Assembly (NCBI GenBank): GCA_965247045.1 | Contig: CBDFGF010000006.1 | Location: 144,870-208,869, forward strand | Source: Nitrosopumilus sp. | GTDB lineage: Archaea > Thermoproteota > Nitrososphaeria > Nitrososphaerales > Nitrosopumilaceae | Direction of reading: 5' to 3' | DNA length: 64,000 bases | In this document: positions 1 to 10,195 of the stretch, in pieces | How positions within the stretch are numbered: position 1 is the first letter of the stretch | Layout: each line of letters begins with the position of its first letter | Program-made: the position numbers and the translations under genes | The notes under the pieces: generated by a model | Databases searched by the model: none | Told to the model about the DNA's origin: nothing | The model's input: the letters and a program-made list of their open reading frames with translations, nothing else

Positions 1-15
1 AAAAAATAAAAAATC

Positions 16-645
16 ATGGATGGAGTTAAAAAAACGTTTGATAAATGGGCTCAAAATGGCAGAGCAGAATTAATGGAGAAGGAACATGGAAATAATGTCT
101 CGAAATTTTTACAAACGATATCATTTGATAAACCATTTACATTTCTTGATGTTGGATGTGGAAATGGGTGGGTGGTAAGAAAAATTGCAACGGAAAATAA
201 TTGCAATAAATCCATAGGGATTGACATAAGCAAGAAGATGATTATTCAAGCTAAAAAGAAACAGGATAATAACAAAGAAGAGTTTTTTCATACTGATATT
301 GAATCTTGGAATTATAAAGGAAAGTTTAATTTCATTTTCTCAATGGAGTCACTTTACTATTCAGATTCGATTGAAGTAGCACTTGAAAAAATCTACAAAT
401 TGTTGAAACCTAGTGGACAATTTTTCTGTGGAACAGATTTTTACTCAGACAGTAGGGTAACTGCAAGATGGGCAAACATTATGAAAATACAGATGCATCT
501 TCATTCAAAAAAAGAATGGAAAAAGTTTTTTCGGAATGTAGGATTTAAAGTAAAAACAAAACATATCAAAGATTTAAAAAACAAAAAGAAATGGAAAAGA
601 GAATTTGGGACTTTGTTCATAATAGGCACAAAACCTGAAAAGTAA
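16..645 (+). CDS. Class I SAM-dependent methyltransferase
   Basis: FLDVGCGNG motif I, acidic IGIDIS motif II, FSMESLYY, LKPSG motifs. Confidence 0.9.
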   Translation: MDGVKKTFDKWAQNGRAELMEKEHGNNVSKFLQTISFDKPFTFLDVGCGNGWVVRKIATENNCNKSIGIDISKKMIIQAKKKQDNNKEEFFHTDIESWNYKGKFNFIFSMESLYYSDSIEVALEKIYKLLKPSGQFFCGTDFYSDSRVTARWANIMKIQMHLHSKKEWKKFFRNVGFKVKTKHIKDLKNKKKWKREFGTLFIIGTKPEK

Positions 646-675
646 AACTCAAATGCAACAAAGGAATGTTATTTT

Positions 676-960
676 TATGTGAGCTGGAGCACGACATGCT
701 GCTACGGCAGAGGAAACTCCTCCCTCCATACAGGAAATGTGATCTGGAGATAGATAATCAGAGATGATTGGCAACGGAACAGAAAAAAATCCAATATGGC
801 GTACAATGATGGTAAAACCTGAGATTTCCATAAAAGGAATGAAAAAGCTGACCCACATGGAGCAAGGCCAAACAGAACTCAAGGTTCCCGTACTAAGTTC
901 AGGTAGGCTGCAAAGCGAAATATCGTGAAAACAGAAGGAGGGTTACTCCCAGCACACATA
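676..960 (+). ncRNA. rnpB: RNase P RNA (archaeal)
   Basis: GAGGAAACTCC (710-720) and AACAGAAGGAGGGTTA (930-945) match the conserved P4-region elements; 5' TATGTGAGCTGGAG pairs with 3' CTCCCAGCACACATA; GAGCAAG and GGTAGGCTGC also present; ~285 nt. Confidence 0.93.
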
Positions 961-1003
961 ATTTTTTTAAAAATAAAAAATAAGATTGTAATTAACTATC
1001 GAC

Positions 1004-2365
1004 TTACAATTGTCCGACAGCTTCTTTACAAACGTCAGTTGAACATTTACAATCCGCACTACAAATACAATGACCTTGCATTGCACAATCGCATGAGTAA
1101 TCAGGATCGCCACTATCTGCTTCGCATCCACAGGCTTGATCTACCATAGTAGGGGTTGTTGCTTGTGGTGGAGGGCTTTGTTGTTGAGTTTCTTCATAAA
1201 CACTTCGGGTTTGTTGGTATTCAGTGTCATCTCTTAATTGTGCCTCACCTCTATTGGTTTGATAACCACCAGATGATACACTGGTCTGATAACCTACTAA
1301 TCTACTAGGATCAATTCCTTGTTGGCCTTTTAATTCCTTTTTGAGTGATCTGTTACTAAAAATAAAAAATGCAATTCCTCCAATAGCTGCCATTCCTGCC
1401 ATACCATAAACTATCATAATTGGGAAGCCACCAGTTGAAGGTGTTGCATATCCTTCTGGAGGAGTTGGAGTGATTCCCGCAATTTCAACTCCATCTAATA
1501 CATCTAATGCACCAAAACCAATTGCAGCTAGGTTACCTTGATCAGATGATTGTACACTTCTAACAATATATTTTTGATCAGACATAATTTCTGCTTCAAA
1601 GACTTTTTCAATTTGTATTCCTTCTCTAAGACTGCTTTCCCCCATAGTCCAGCTAGAAACGACAAATCCGGCAATACTTTCATCTAATCCAAATGTTCTA
1701 GCATCCACGTTGATTCCTGTTGGATCAAACAAAAAATGCCAGTTGGTCATTGGTTGCTCTAAGATAAAGTCTGCATTAATGAGATTTCTCGTAAGAATGT
1801 CTTCTGCTTCATTTCCAACAAAGAACGTATAAGCTTGAGGTTCTTGGTCTTTAAGTAAGTTTAGTGGGATATTGATTTCCACACCATCAATTACAATTTC
1901 ACCATCAACGCTTAATCCCCTCCAACCCAAATCAATCAAAGTTCTCTGAGAATCTTTTGTAATTACATAATTAGTTAATGTTCCCTCTATGATTACTCTA
2001 TAATCAATGGATGTGATATTTCTTGCTTTAAGGTGAAAATCATAAGAGACATTCAAGTCTGAGACTCTTGCTTGACTTCCATCATTAGTAATCCCTTGAT
2101 TTAGTTTATCGATTAGTTCTTGAACTCCAGGATTTGATGAGTCTGCAGTACCGGATACAGTCCATTCTTTTCCACGTAATTCATCAAATAGATTTCCGCC
2201 GTTTGGATATTCGATAAAGATAGTTTTTAGATAACTCATTTTAAATGGGGATGAATCGCTGTTTGGGTTAATTCTAGCATCTAATTGGGCAGCCCATGCA
2301 GGAGCACTTGTGCCCACAACAATAAGACCTGCAAGCAAAACTGTTAAAATTATGGCCTTAGACAC
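1004..2365 (-). CDS. Secreted/single-pass membrane protein with Cys-rich C-terminal tail
   Basis: Signal peptide from GTG 2365 (ORF is open to 2449), TM helix IMIVYGMAGMAAIGGIAFFIF, terminal segment with 9 Cys. Confidence 0.75.
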   Translation of the reverse strand: MSKAIILTVLLAGLIVVGTSAPAWAAQLDARINPNSDSSPFKMSYLKTIFIEYPNGGNLFDELRGKEWTVSGTADSSNPGVQELIDKLNQGITNDGSQARVSDLNVSYDFHLKARNITSIDYRVIIEGTLTNYVITKDSQRTLIDLGWRGLSVDGEIVIDGVEINIPLNLLKDQEPQAYTFFVGNEAEDILTRNLINADFILEQPMTNWHFLFDPTGINVDARTFGLDESIAGFVVSSWTMGESSLREGIQIEKVFEAEIMSDQKYIVRSVQSSDQGNLAAIGFGALDVLDGVEIAGITPTPPEGYATPSTGGFPIMIVYGMAGMAAIGGIAFFIFSNRSLKKELKGQQGIDPSRLVGYQTSVSSGGYQTNRGEAQLRDDTEYQQTRSVYEETQQQSPPPQATTPTMVDQACGCEADSGDPDYSCDCAMQGHCICSADCKCSTDVCKEAVGQL

Positions 2366-2478
2366 GAGAAAAAACAAACGCGCTAAAGTAATAAACTTAT
2401 CCAAAATAATGATCGGTGTTTTTTGAAAAAGTAATATTGAGTGATGCAAGAAGACTTTGCAGTTTTAGGAGAAATGGC

Positions 2479-3399
2479 ATGATTACGATTTTAGCAGGTG
2501 GGACGGGTTCAGTAAAGCTAGTCAGAGGTTTAGTTTCTCAAGAACCCAAAATCAATGTAATTAGCAATGTTGGAGACAATTATTGGCTTTATGGACTCTA
2601 CGTATGTCCAGACATAGATACTATTGTTTATGGCTTAGCAGATTTACTTGATCAAGAAAAAGGCTGGGGAATTAAAAAAGATACATTCAACTTTTTGCGT
2701 CAAATGGAAGTTTTTGGGGAACCAACTTGGTTTAGAATAGGAGACAGAGATGCCGCAACACATCTGATCAGAACAAACATGCTGAAGAATGGAAAGAATC
2801 TAAGCGACATTACAAAATGGATGTGTGAGAAATTTGCAGTTGCTGCAAACATCATACCAGTTACAGATAACACTATTGAGACAAGAATAACTACAGACAA
2901 AGGAGAATTACATTTGCAAGAATACTGGGTCAAACATAGAGGAAAAGACCCCATTATAGGAATTCAGTATATTGGAGCAGAGAAATCTCGTCCAAATCCT
3001 GAGGCTGTAAATGCAATACATGATGCAGACATGGTAATTTTAGCACCAGGGAATCCACTTACATCAATTGGTCCAATGCTTCAGATCAAAGGAATTAGAA
3101 AAGAGTTATCAAAGATAAAGAAAAAGGTTGTAGCTGTCAGTCCATTAATTGGAGATAATGCAATTACTGGACCCGCTGCAAAATACATGCAAGCAGCAGG
3201 AATAGAATCAAACGCATATGGATTAGCAAAGATGTATTCCGATGTTTGTTCAAACATCATTGTAGACACCAAAGATAGAATGCTGATAAAAAAAATTCAG
3301 AGTTTGGACATGAAAGTTTTTGAGACAAAAATTACTATGAAAAATAAATTAGCCGAAGACGCATTAGCAAATTTCATCTTAAAACAAGTACACGTATAA
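2479..3399 (+). CDS. cofD: 2-phospho-L-lactate transferase (F420 biosynthesis)
   Basis: ITILAGGTGSVK, NVGDN, CPDIDT, FRIGDRD, PGNPLTSIGP motifs; AGGAGA RBS before ATG 2479. Confidence 0.95.
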   Translation: MITILAGGTGSVKLVRGLVSQEPKINVISNVGDNYWLYGLYVCPDIDTIVYGLADLLDQEKGWGIKKDTFNFLRQMEVFGEPTWFRIGDRDAATHLIRTNMLKNGKNLSDITKWMCEKFAVAANIIPVTDNTIETRITTDKGELHLQEYWVKHRGKDPIIGIQYIGAEKSRPNPEAVNAIHDADMVILAPGNPLTSIGPMLQIKGIRKELSKIKKKVVAVSPLIGDNAITGPAAKYMQAAGIESNAYGLAKMYSDVCSNIIVDTKDRMLIKKIQSLDMKVFETKITMKNKLAEDALANFILKQVHV

Positions 3400-3400
3400 C

Positions 3401-4039
3401 TTGAAAATAGCAGCAATTATTCCTGTAAAGACTTTCGCTAATGCAAAGACTCGTTTAGATTTATCTCCACATCAAATAGAAGACTTGTGCAAAGTAATGT
3501 TAGAAGAAATTCTGCATACAATATCAATATTCCCACAAATTGAAAAATTAATCTTAGTAACAAAAGAGGAAAAAGCAATTGAAATTGGAAAAAAATTCAA
3601 CACAATTACCATAATTGATGAAAAAGAAGAAAGTGTTAATAGTGCAGTTGCATTTGCAGACAAGTATCTTTTAGAGAATAATTTTGATACTTCGATCGTA
3701 TTTCCTCAGGATATCCCATACATCAAAACTCAGGATATTGATTTTATGTTAAACTACAAGGCACCACCGAATTTTGCAATAGTTGTGCCATCAAGAAGAT
3801 TTGATGGAACTAATGCACTTGCAAGGATGCCTGTAGATCTAATGGAGACGCATTATGATGAAGACAGTTACAAGATCCACATGAATACTGCCAAAGAACA
3901 CACACTAAATGTGGCAATGGTTTTTGTGAAAAGGATAATGTGGGATGTTGACAATACTAAAGATTTGGAATTTCTGTTAGAACAAAATGAAAAGCCTCAG
4001 ATTGCAGAAAAAATCAAAAAAATTTTAGGAACAAATTAA
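3401..4039 (+). CDS. cofC: 2-phospho-L-lactate guanylyltransferase
   Basis: IIPVKTFANAKTRL, DIP, DGTNAL, DVDN..DL motifs; directly follows cofD. Confidence 0.93.
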   Translation: MKIAAIIPVKTFANAKTRLDLSPHQIEDLCKVMLEEILHTISIFPQIEKLILVTKEEKAIEIGKKFNTITIIDEKEESVNSAVAFADKYLLENNFDTSIVFPQDIPYIKTQDIDFMLNYKAPPNFAIVVPSRRFDGTNALARMPVDLMETHYDEDSYKIHMNTAKEHTLNVAMVFVKRIMWDVDNTKDLEFLLEQNEKPQIAEKIKKILGTN

Positions 4040-4152
4040 TTGAATATATCAAAAAATAGCAAAATCGGCGTTATTCATATAAAATGATCACATGGTGGTT
4101 CATCTTCGGTTGATTTTTCTCCTTGTGACAGATTGGTTGGTTTTAGGCCATT

Positions 4153-5238
4153 AGACCTCTTGCGCAATTAACACAATTTGATCAAAGCATGCAAATTCAC
4201 TCACAGCAAGATCCAAAGCTGAGAACATCCTCGTTATTTCATGCTAACATACAAGAAACTAGCCAAAAAACCGAGGAGCGTTCCAGTCATTTACTGGGAT
4301 TAGCCTAGAACAGTTTGATTTTTTGTCATCTGAGATAGAAAAGAAATACAAGATCACAGAGAAAAAGAGACTCTCCTCCTCCAAGAAGAAGAGGAGACGA
4401 AGAGTCGGAGCTGGACGCAAGTTTGAGCTTCCCATCAAGGACAGGGTAGTTATGCTTCTAGTATACTACAGGATGTACATCACATACGAGCTTGCAGGGT
4501 ACCTCTTTTGCCTTGACCAGAGCAACGTCTGCAGGAACATCAAATACCTCGAGCCTGCCGTGCGAGGCTCAATACCAATCCCTCAGAAGATGATGTACGC
4601 CGAATCCAAAAAGATAGGGACCATACAGGATCTTGAACGGTACTTTCCAGGGTTTTGCGTGATGATTGACTCATCAGAGCAGCAGATCCCAAGGCCAAAG
4701 AAGAACAAAAAGAAGAGAAAGACGCACTACTCGGGCAAAAAAGGGATGCACACAGTCAAGAACCAGTATACGGTAAACCTTGATGGCCAGATAGTCCACA
4801 AGCCTCCACACTCTCCTGGCAGGCCGCATGACTACAAGATGTTTCAGGCCAAGCATCCTACGATGCTGCCAGATGGACTGCAGACGTTTGTAGACCTAGG
4901 ATACGAGGGAATGAGGAATAATTTCCCAGAGTTCAATCCGGTGCTTCCATGCAAGCGCAAAGGAGGCAAGAGACTTACTGCAGGGCAAAAGGAGTTCAAC
5001 AGGAACCAGTCCAGAATCAGGATTACAGTAGAGCACACAATCTCAAAGATAAAGAAGTTCAGGATAATGCAGGATGTCTTCAGGAACAGGCTGCGCCGTT
5101 ATGACTGTATCAGTGACATCATATGCGGCCTGATCAATTTCAGGATACGGTGGAAAGAGAATTTTGTTGTGATTCCATGACGACGATGAATTAATTCGAT
5201 TAGACGACACGCTTTGTTGGTAATTACGCAAGAGGTCT
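4153..5238 (+). mobile_element. IS5-family ISL2-group (Harbinger-related) IS, copy 1
   Basis: TIRs AGACCTCTTGCG(C/T)AATTA; 3-bp TSD ATT (4150-4152 / 5239-5241). Confidence 0.9.
4241..5180 (+). pseudogene. HTH + DDE_Tnp_4 transposase, +1 frameshift near 4275
   Basis: ATG 4241 (MLTYKKLAKK) is out of frame with ORF 4323-5180; intact homolog at 15676-16605; IDSSEQ, YSGKK, VDLGY, RITVEH. Confidence 0.85.
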
Positions 5239-5289
5239 ATTGTGCAGTAAAACATGATTAATTATCAAAATTCTAATTTTTGTATTTCG

Positions 5290-5805
5290 TTATTTTTTAA
5301 TTATCTTTGCATTATTAGGATCCAAATCATTCCAAACTACATCATAGCCTAATTTGGGCAACAAATCAGCATGGCATGAATCAGGAATTTTATGGGATGT
5401 CATCACCTTACAGGCTTGAACAAATTTAGAAATTCCATCAAGTGAATCGTTTATGGCATTAGTTTTTTCTTTTGAAATCAAGTATGCTCCAATTGTAACA
5501 TAATCATCAGGGTAATCAGCATGCAGAATTTTTAATGCTGCTTCTTCTGGAATAGAATGATCCTGAGCAACTTGTTTAATAGAAATTAAATCCAAACTAT
5601 TTTCATCCAATTTGATTTGAGTGTCATTAATCTTTTCTTCAGTAATTTCAGCATCAATTTTCTTTAGATGTTCTAAAATAGGTTTTATTGAAACGTCTTT
5701 TTTAAAAGTAAAAATTCTGTCCTTAGAAATTGTTTCTATCTGTGAGCATGACAATTCAGAATTTACTGCTACCAGTAAATCAACATTTTTGTTATTGGGT
5801 TCTGT
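5290..5805 (-). pseudogene. C-terminal remnant, probably DUF790/Bax1-like protein
   Basis: VDLLVAVNSELSCS..RIFTFKKDVSIKPILEHL resembles the DUF790 C-terminus; 5' part missing. Confidence 0.45.
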
Positions 5806-5943
5806 TAAGTTGATGTTGTCCGTTAGAACTTACAATGAAGAATTCAGGGGTTCCACGTACACCATTTTCTCTTGCTTGTTGTATGTTATACTGCACACGT
5901 TTTGAATATTTTCCAGAATCAACAAAAGCCTTAGACAAATATT
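5806..5943 (-). pseudogene. DsbA/thioredoxin-fold protein fragment
   Basis: SGKYSKRVQYNIQQARENGVRGTPEFFI, the cis-Pro G-TP loop typical of DsbA C-termini; cut off by an IS end at 5944. Confidence 0.6.
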
Positions 5944-6039
5944 TGAGACTTGGGCATAATGATTTCCAATTTTTAATCAATTTCTTAAATTATTGCAATC
6001 AAAAAAGCTAAGGATCTCAGTATGTTTTGTTCATTGGAA
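5944..6039 (+). mobile_element. Solo left end of the 'TGAGACTTGGGCATAATGA' IS type
   Basis: Reverse complement of the left ends of the copies ending at 9134, 20054 and 57720; truncated at the transposase ATG by the next IS. Confidence 0.85.
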
Positions 6040-7047
6040 TGCTGTGTTTCCTAACATGACTAGTTTATCCAACTAATTCTACCAATCAAGGTTTGGATCA
6101 GAACATTTTGTACAATTTCATGAATAGAAATTGGAAAAAATACAACCAATCCCTTGTAAGAAGAGGAGAAATCATGCTCTCCTTTGATTCCATGGAACAG
6201 TGGGGTACAGAACTCAAAGAGACGAATCGCAGAAAAGAAGGACACCAGTACGTCTATCCTGAGAGTTTCATGGAAGCACTAGGGTATTGCCATGCGTATC
6301 TGCATCTCCCCTACAGACAAACAGAGGGACTGATAAAATCACACCTGAAAGAAAAATCAAAAACACCGACATATTCTGCCATTTGGAAACGTGTCAACAA
6401 ACTCGATATCAAGTGCAACCCAAAACTGGGAAAAGACATCATCATTGCAATTGATTCCACTGGAGTCAAGGTTGCAGACAGAGGTGAGTGGATGAGACAA
6501 AAATGGCAGAAGAGAAGAGGTTTTCTAAAAATTCATGTGGCAGTAGATGTAAAATCAAAACAAATTACAGGTCTTACCATTACAGATGATAAATCACATG
6601 ATTCAAAATCTTTTATGTCTCTGGTAGAACAATCAAAACAGTTTGGAAATGTAACTAAAACCCTTGCTGATGGCGCATATGACACAAAAAGTGATTTTTC
6701 ATATTTGTATCATGAAAATATCACTGCAGGAATCAAGACAAGAAAGAACTCATCAGTTAACACTGACTGTTATCCAAGACGAAAATCTGTATTGGCTCAA
6801 ATTTTTAATTATGAATTATGGAGGAATAGCGTAAGCTATGGGGACAGATGGATTGTAGAATCAGTGTTTTCTGCATTCAAGCGAATGTTTGGTGAACATG
6901 TAACATCGCACAAAAGAGAGAATATGATTCATGAACTGAAAATGAAAGTTTGTTTGTATAACAAGATGATTGTAATGCAGTAAGATATCCAAAAGGATTC
7001 GTTTAATCAAAGAATGTTGATGATTTTCAGAGTTGAGAAACACAGCA
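6040..7047 (+). mobile_element. IS5-family (IS903-like) IS, type A copy 1
   Basis: TIRs TGCTGTGTTTCCTAAC / GTTGAGAAACACAGCA; no TSD visible. Confidence 0.9.
6120..6983 (+). CDS. IS5-family (IS903-like) transposase
   Basis: NWKKYNQSLVRRG, IDSTG, KIHVAVD, ADGAYD, RWIVESVFS. Confidence 0.92.
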   Translation: MNRNWKKYNQSLVRRGEIMLSFDSMEQWGTELKETNRRKEGHQYVYPESFMEALGYCHAYLHLPYRQTEGLIKSHLKEKSKTPTYSAIWKRVNKLDIKCNPKLGKDIIIAIDSTGVKVADRGEWMRQKWQKRRGFLKIHVAVDVKSKQITGLTITDDKSHDSKSFMSLVEQSKQFGNVTKTLADGAYDTKSDFSYLYHENITAGIKTRKNSSVNTDCYPRRKSVLAQIFNYELWRNSVSYGDRWIVESVFSAFKRMFGEHVTSHKRENMIHELKMKVCLYNKMIVMQ

Positions 7048-7059
7048 TTACTGTTCAAT

Positions 7060-7140
7060 CATACTGTTTCAGTGGATAAAATACCGGAGAGCCGACTAGT
7101 CTCTCCAGCCATCAGGTCAAGTGACCTAACGAACAGTCTG
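7060..7140 (-). ncRNA. Candidate structured RNA (closing stem plus two hairpins), family unknown
   Basis: CAGACTGTT/AACAGTATG, GTTAGGTC-ACTT-GACCTGAT, GCTGGAGAG..CTCTCCGGT; four G.U pairs form only on the minus strand. Confidence 0.5.
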
Positions 7141-7181
7141 TATTACAAAATTATTATAAAAGCACAAGGAAAAATTCGAGG

Positions 7182-7955
7182 CTAAAGTCCAAATGGCATT
7201 GGACTGTCAGATACTGAATCAAAAAAGAGTTTTGCAGCTGCTATTAAGATTACAACAGATACTAAGATTTGCAAATATCGTTCTTTGATATCTAAAGATA
7301 ATCTTGCGCCGATCAATCCACCAATAAAAGAACCAATTGCTAAAAATCCTGCTTGAATAAAATCAGGATGGCCCAAAATGCTATGGGTTATCACTCCAGA
7401 TAATGATGCAAATAATAAAATCAACTGAGAAGTAGGAGCAGCTTTTTTCATGGCCATTCCCATCCCAACTACCATTAAAGGTACAAAGATTATTCCGCCA
7501 CCTATTCCAAAAAATGAAGATATGATTCCAGCAAAGAAGCTAGCACCTACAGCAAAAACCATCATCTGTTTGGATAGGGTTTTTTCTTTAGTCTCAATTT
7601 TTTTTCTCAAAAAAATGTAAGCTGCAGATGCAATCAACACTAAACCAAACAACATTTTAAAAATTCCTGGAGTTGCATCAGTAGAAATAATTGCACCCAA
7701 CACAGTCCCGGGAATTGTAAGTAATCCGAGTTTTAGACCTAGTGAATACTCAATTCTCTTTTGTCTAGAGTAGGAAATAGTCGATGCAATAGAATTACTT
7801 AATGCGGCAAAAAGGCTGTTACTTGCTGCAGCAGTAGGAGGAAACCCTAGAAATGTCAATACAGGAACCACAATAATTCCACCACCGAGACCAATCATAG
7901 AGCCCAATATTCCTGCAGCAAATCCTAAAAGAATTAGCCATAACTGATCAATCAT
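7182..7955 (-). CDS. TSUP / TauE-SafE family transporter
   Basis: Duplicated GLGGG / GIGGG motifs, about 8 TM helices. Confidence 0.92.
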   Translation of the reverse strand: MIDQLWLILLGFAAGILGSMIGLGGGIIVVPVLTFLGFPPTAAASNSLFAALSNSIASTISYSRQKRIEYSLGLKLGLLTIPGTVLGAIISTDATPGIFKMLFGLVLIASAAYIFLRKKIETKEKTLSKQMMVFAVGASFFAGIISSFFGIGGGIIFVPLMVVGMGMAMKKAAPTSQLILLFASLSGVITHSILGHPDFIQAGFLAIGSFIGGLIGARLSLDIKERYLQILVSVVILIAAAKLFFDSVSDSPMPFGL

Positions 7956-7991
7956 TCTAATCGCCAATCAAAGAATTTTGTTGTATATAAT

Positions 7992-9134
7992 TGAGACTTG
8001 GGCATAATGATTTACAAAAATAAATTCAAATTATCTTCAACAGCAAAGCATTCTTTTTACAATTCTTGGATTCTCATTACCTGCAACACAGTTGTAGTAC
8101 ACTGCAAGCTGGTACACCAAAACACAAACCAGAGCAAATGATTTTACATTCTCAAGTCCTCTTACTGGCAATATCCTTATGTTGAATATGTCTTTAACAA
8201 TCTCAAATAACGGCTCGATTGACACCTTTCTCTGAGAGTATAAATCTTGACCTTCTTTGGAATCATAAAACTCTGCCAGCTTTATTCTGTCTGGCGGCGT
8301 AGATGGATATACTTTGACTGGACAGATCAGTCTCAGATTTTTCTCATTGCTGCAATGGTACAGGTTGCCATCATCATACGCAGGATCTGCCAATATGTTT
8401 TGGAACAGCCCTGCAAGTGAATCAACTAGTGTACCATACGGTTTGCCGTCATGAGTATTTGCAGTGCTGATACAGGCAGACAGTGGAACTATCAGTTTGC
8501 CAGTGGGACAACTCATGTGCAGTTTGTATCCAAATGTCCAGCCCCTTGATTTGGAATAACCCCACTTGGCATCAGTGTCAATTCCTGCAATTGGAAGACG
8601 ATTTTGTTTGATGTCAGATTTGTGCCATACTGGGCCTGCGGCTTGCAGCATTGTGCTATCAACTGATGCAGATGTATCATCTACCAACCCTTCTGAGACA
8701 AACAGATTTCCCATGTTGTTGATGATGGTACTAATTGGCAACACTTGGAATCTTCTGTCAATTGTTCTTCTGTCTGGAATTTGCTGTAACCTGCAGGCCT
8801 TGAGCAATTTATCATTATTACATTTGATGAACAAGAAATAGTGCAGTGTATTGTTACTTGGAATTCTCATCCATGATTTTATGATGTATAGTTGTACCAT
8901 CAGAATGGTTGGATAAACATACGGTCTTCCACGCCTAATTACATCCTCATACAGAGACAATGCTCTGATCAAATACAAAACACCAATAAGAAATGACTGA
9001 CATCTTATGTTGCTAGGGATTCTTGTTTGTTTTGGCATTTCCAATGAACAAAACATATTGAGATCCTTAGCTTTTTTGATTGCAATAATTTAAGAAATTG
9101 ATTAAAAATTGGAAATCATTATGCCCAAGTCTCA
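7992..9134 (-). mobile_element. DDE_Tnp_1-type IS (IS4/IS5 superfamily), copy 1
   Basis: 22-bp TIRs TGAGACTTGGGCATAATGATTT at both ends. Confidence 0.9.
8037..9038 (-). CDS. DDE transposase
   Basis: VDSTML, DAKWG..FGYKLH, LADPAYD, RKVSIEPLF. Confidence 0.9.
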   Translation of the reverse strand: MPKQTRIPSNIRCQSFLIGVLYLIRALSLYEDVIRRGRPYVYPTILMVQLYIIKSWMRIPSNNTLHYFLFIKCNNDKLLKACRLQQIPDRRTIDRRFQVLPISTIINNMGNLFVSEGLVDDTSASVDSTMLQAAGPVWHKSDIKQNRLPIAGIDTDAKWGYSKSRGWTFGYKLHMSCPTGKLIVPLSACISTANTHDGKPYGTLVDSLAGLFQNILADPAYDDGNLYHCSNEKNLRLICPVKVYPSTPPDRIKLAEFYDSKEGQDLYSQRKVSIEPLFEIVKDIFNIRILPVRGLENVKSFALVCVLVYQLAVYYNCVAGNENPRIVKRMLCC

Positions 9135-9142
9135 AATAGATT

Positions 9143-10049
9143 GTGAAAGTTCTCATTCCCATTGCTATCATAATTTTTGTTTTGATGATGGGTATCACTT
9201 CCACCTTTGCTGAAGAAATTTCAGATGCCACAACTAATCTCCTTAGCTATGATATTCAATCTGGTGAGCTAGCTATAATGTGGCTGGGAAATCATCAAAA
9301 GGGCTCATTAGAAGGATATGCTTCAGCAGGCTTTCTCTTAAGAACAAGCAACTATGCTATCGCAATAGATCCATCAAGCTTACTCAGACGATATCGATTC
9401 GCTGGATAGACTAGATGCAATTTTCATAACTCATGATCATGGGGATCATTTTGATCCTGATACCACTATAGCAATGCAAACCAAAACTGGTTCCTTTGTC
9501 ATTGCAGATCCAACTTCAGCATTGATGTTAATTGATAAAATACCTGAAGATAAGCTCATCCAAATCGAACCAAATGAATAAGTGACTATCTCTGAAATTA
9601 CTGTTGATGCATTTGCAGCTGAACATCCAACTGAAACCCCATTGATCTATGTAATTGAGTTTGATGGATATAGAATATTTCATGGCTCTGATTCTGGATT
9701 TGTTGAGGATTTGAAAAACATTGAATCAAGAGTTCATGTAGCAATGGTTCCAGCTGGAGATCCCTCCCCAACTGCATCACCACAGGTTGCATTTGAAATG
9801 ACAAAAGCAACCAATCCCTATGTAGTTATCCCAATGCATGCTAGTCCTCAACAGATGCAAGAATTTTCAAATCTTGTAGAGGGTTCTAATCTACAAACAA
9901 CCGTTACAATCCCTTCACCATTAGAGATAATAATTCCATCTGAGGTTGTGCCAGAATTTGGTTTACTTTCAGTTGTTGTGTTATCTTCTGGAATGGGAAT
10001 AGTAATTTTTCTTTTAAGGAGCAAAAATTTTGTTCTATTTCCTGTCTGA
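9143..10049 (+). pseudogene. Secreted metallo-beta-lactamase-fold hydrolase with PEFG-CTERM, disrupted
   Basis: Signal peptide; THDHGDHFD in a shifted frame after ~9388; TAA at 9579-9581; FHGSD, IPMH, VVPEFG plus TM tail. Confidence 0.8.
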
Positions 10050-10195
10050 GTTAAATTTATCCAATCTCTAAACCCAATTGCTATGTTTAACTTTTAGTTT
10101 AATGCCTACAACTAGAATCATTGAGATATATGATGGGGAATTTTTTCTCTAAAATAATATTGAAGATTAATTCTCAATAATTGTAGAAGATTGAT

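Noticed and set aside
649-1149. ORFs 649-882 and 925-1149
   Set aside because: They overlap the RNase P RNA and the antisense strand of a real gene
4241-4330. Programmed frameshift in the ISL2 transposase
   Set aside because: Copy 2 is a continuous ORF and copy 4 breaks elsewhere, so these are independent mutations
7060-7140. Hammerhead ribozyme, tRNA or glycine/TPP riboswitch
   Set aside because: CTGATGG is not CUGANGA and GAAA does not follow the stem; no T-arm; riboswitch cores incomplete
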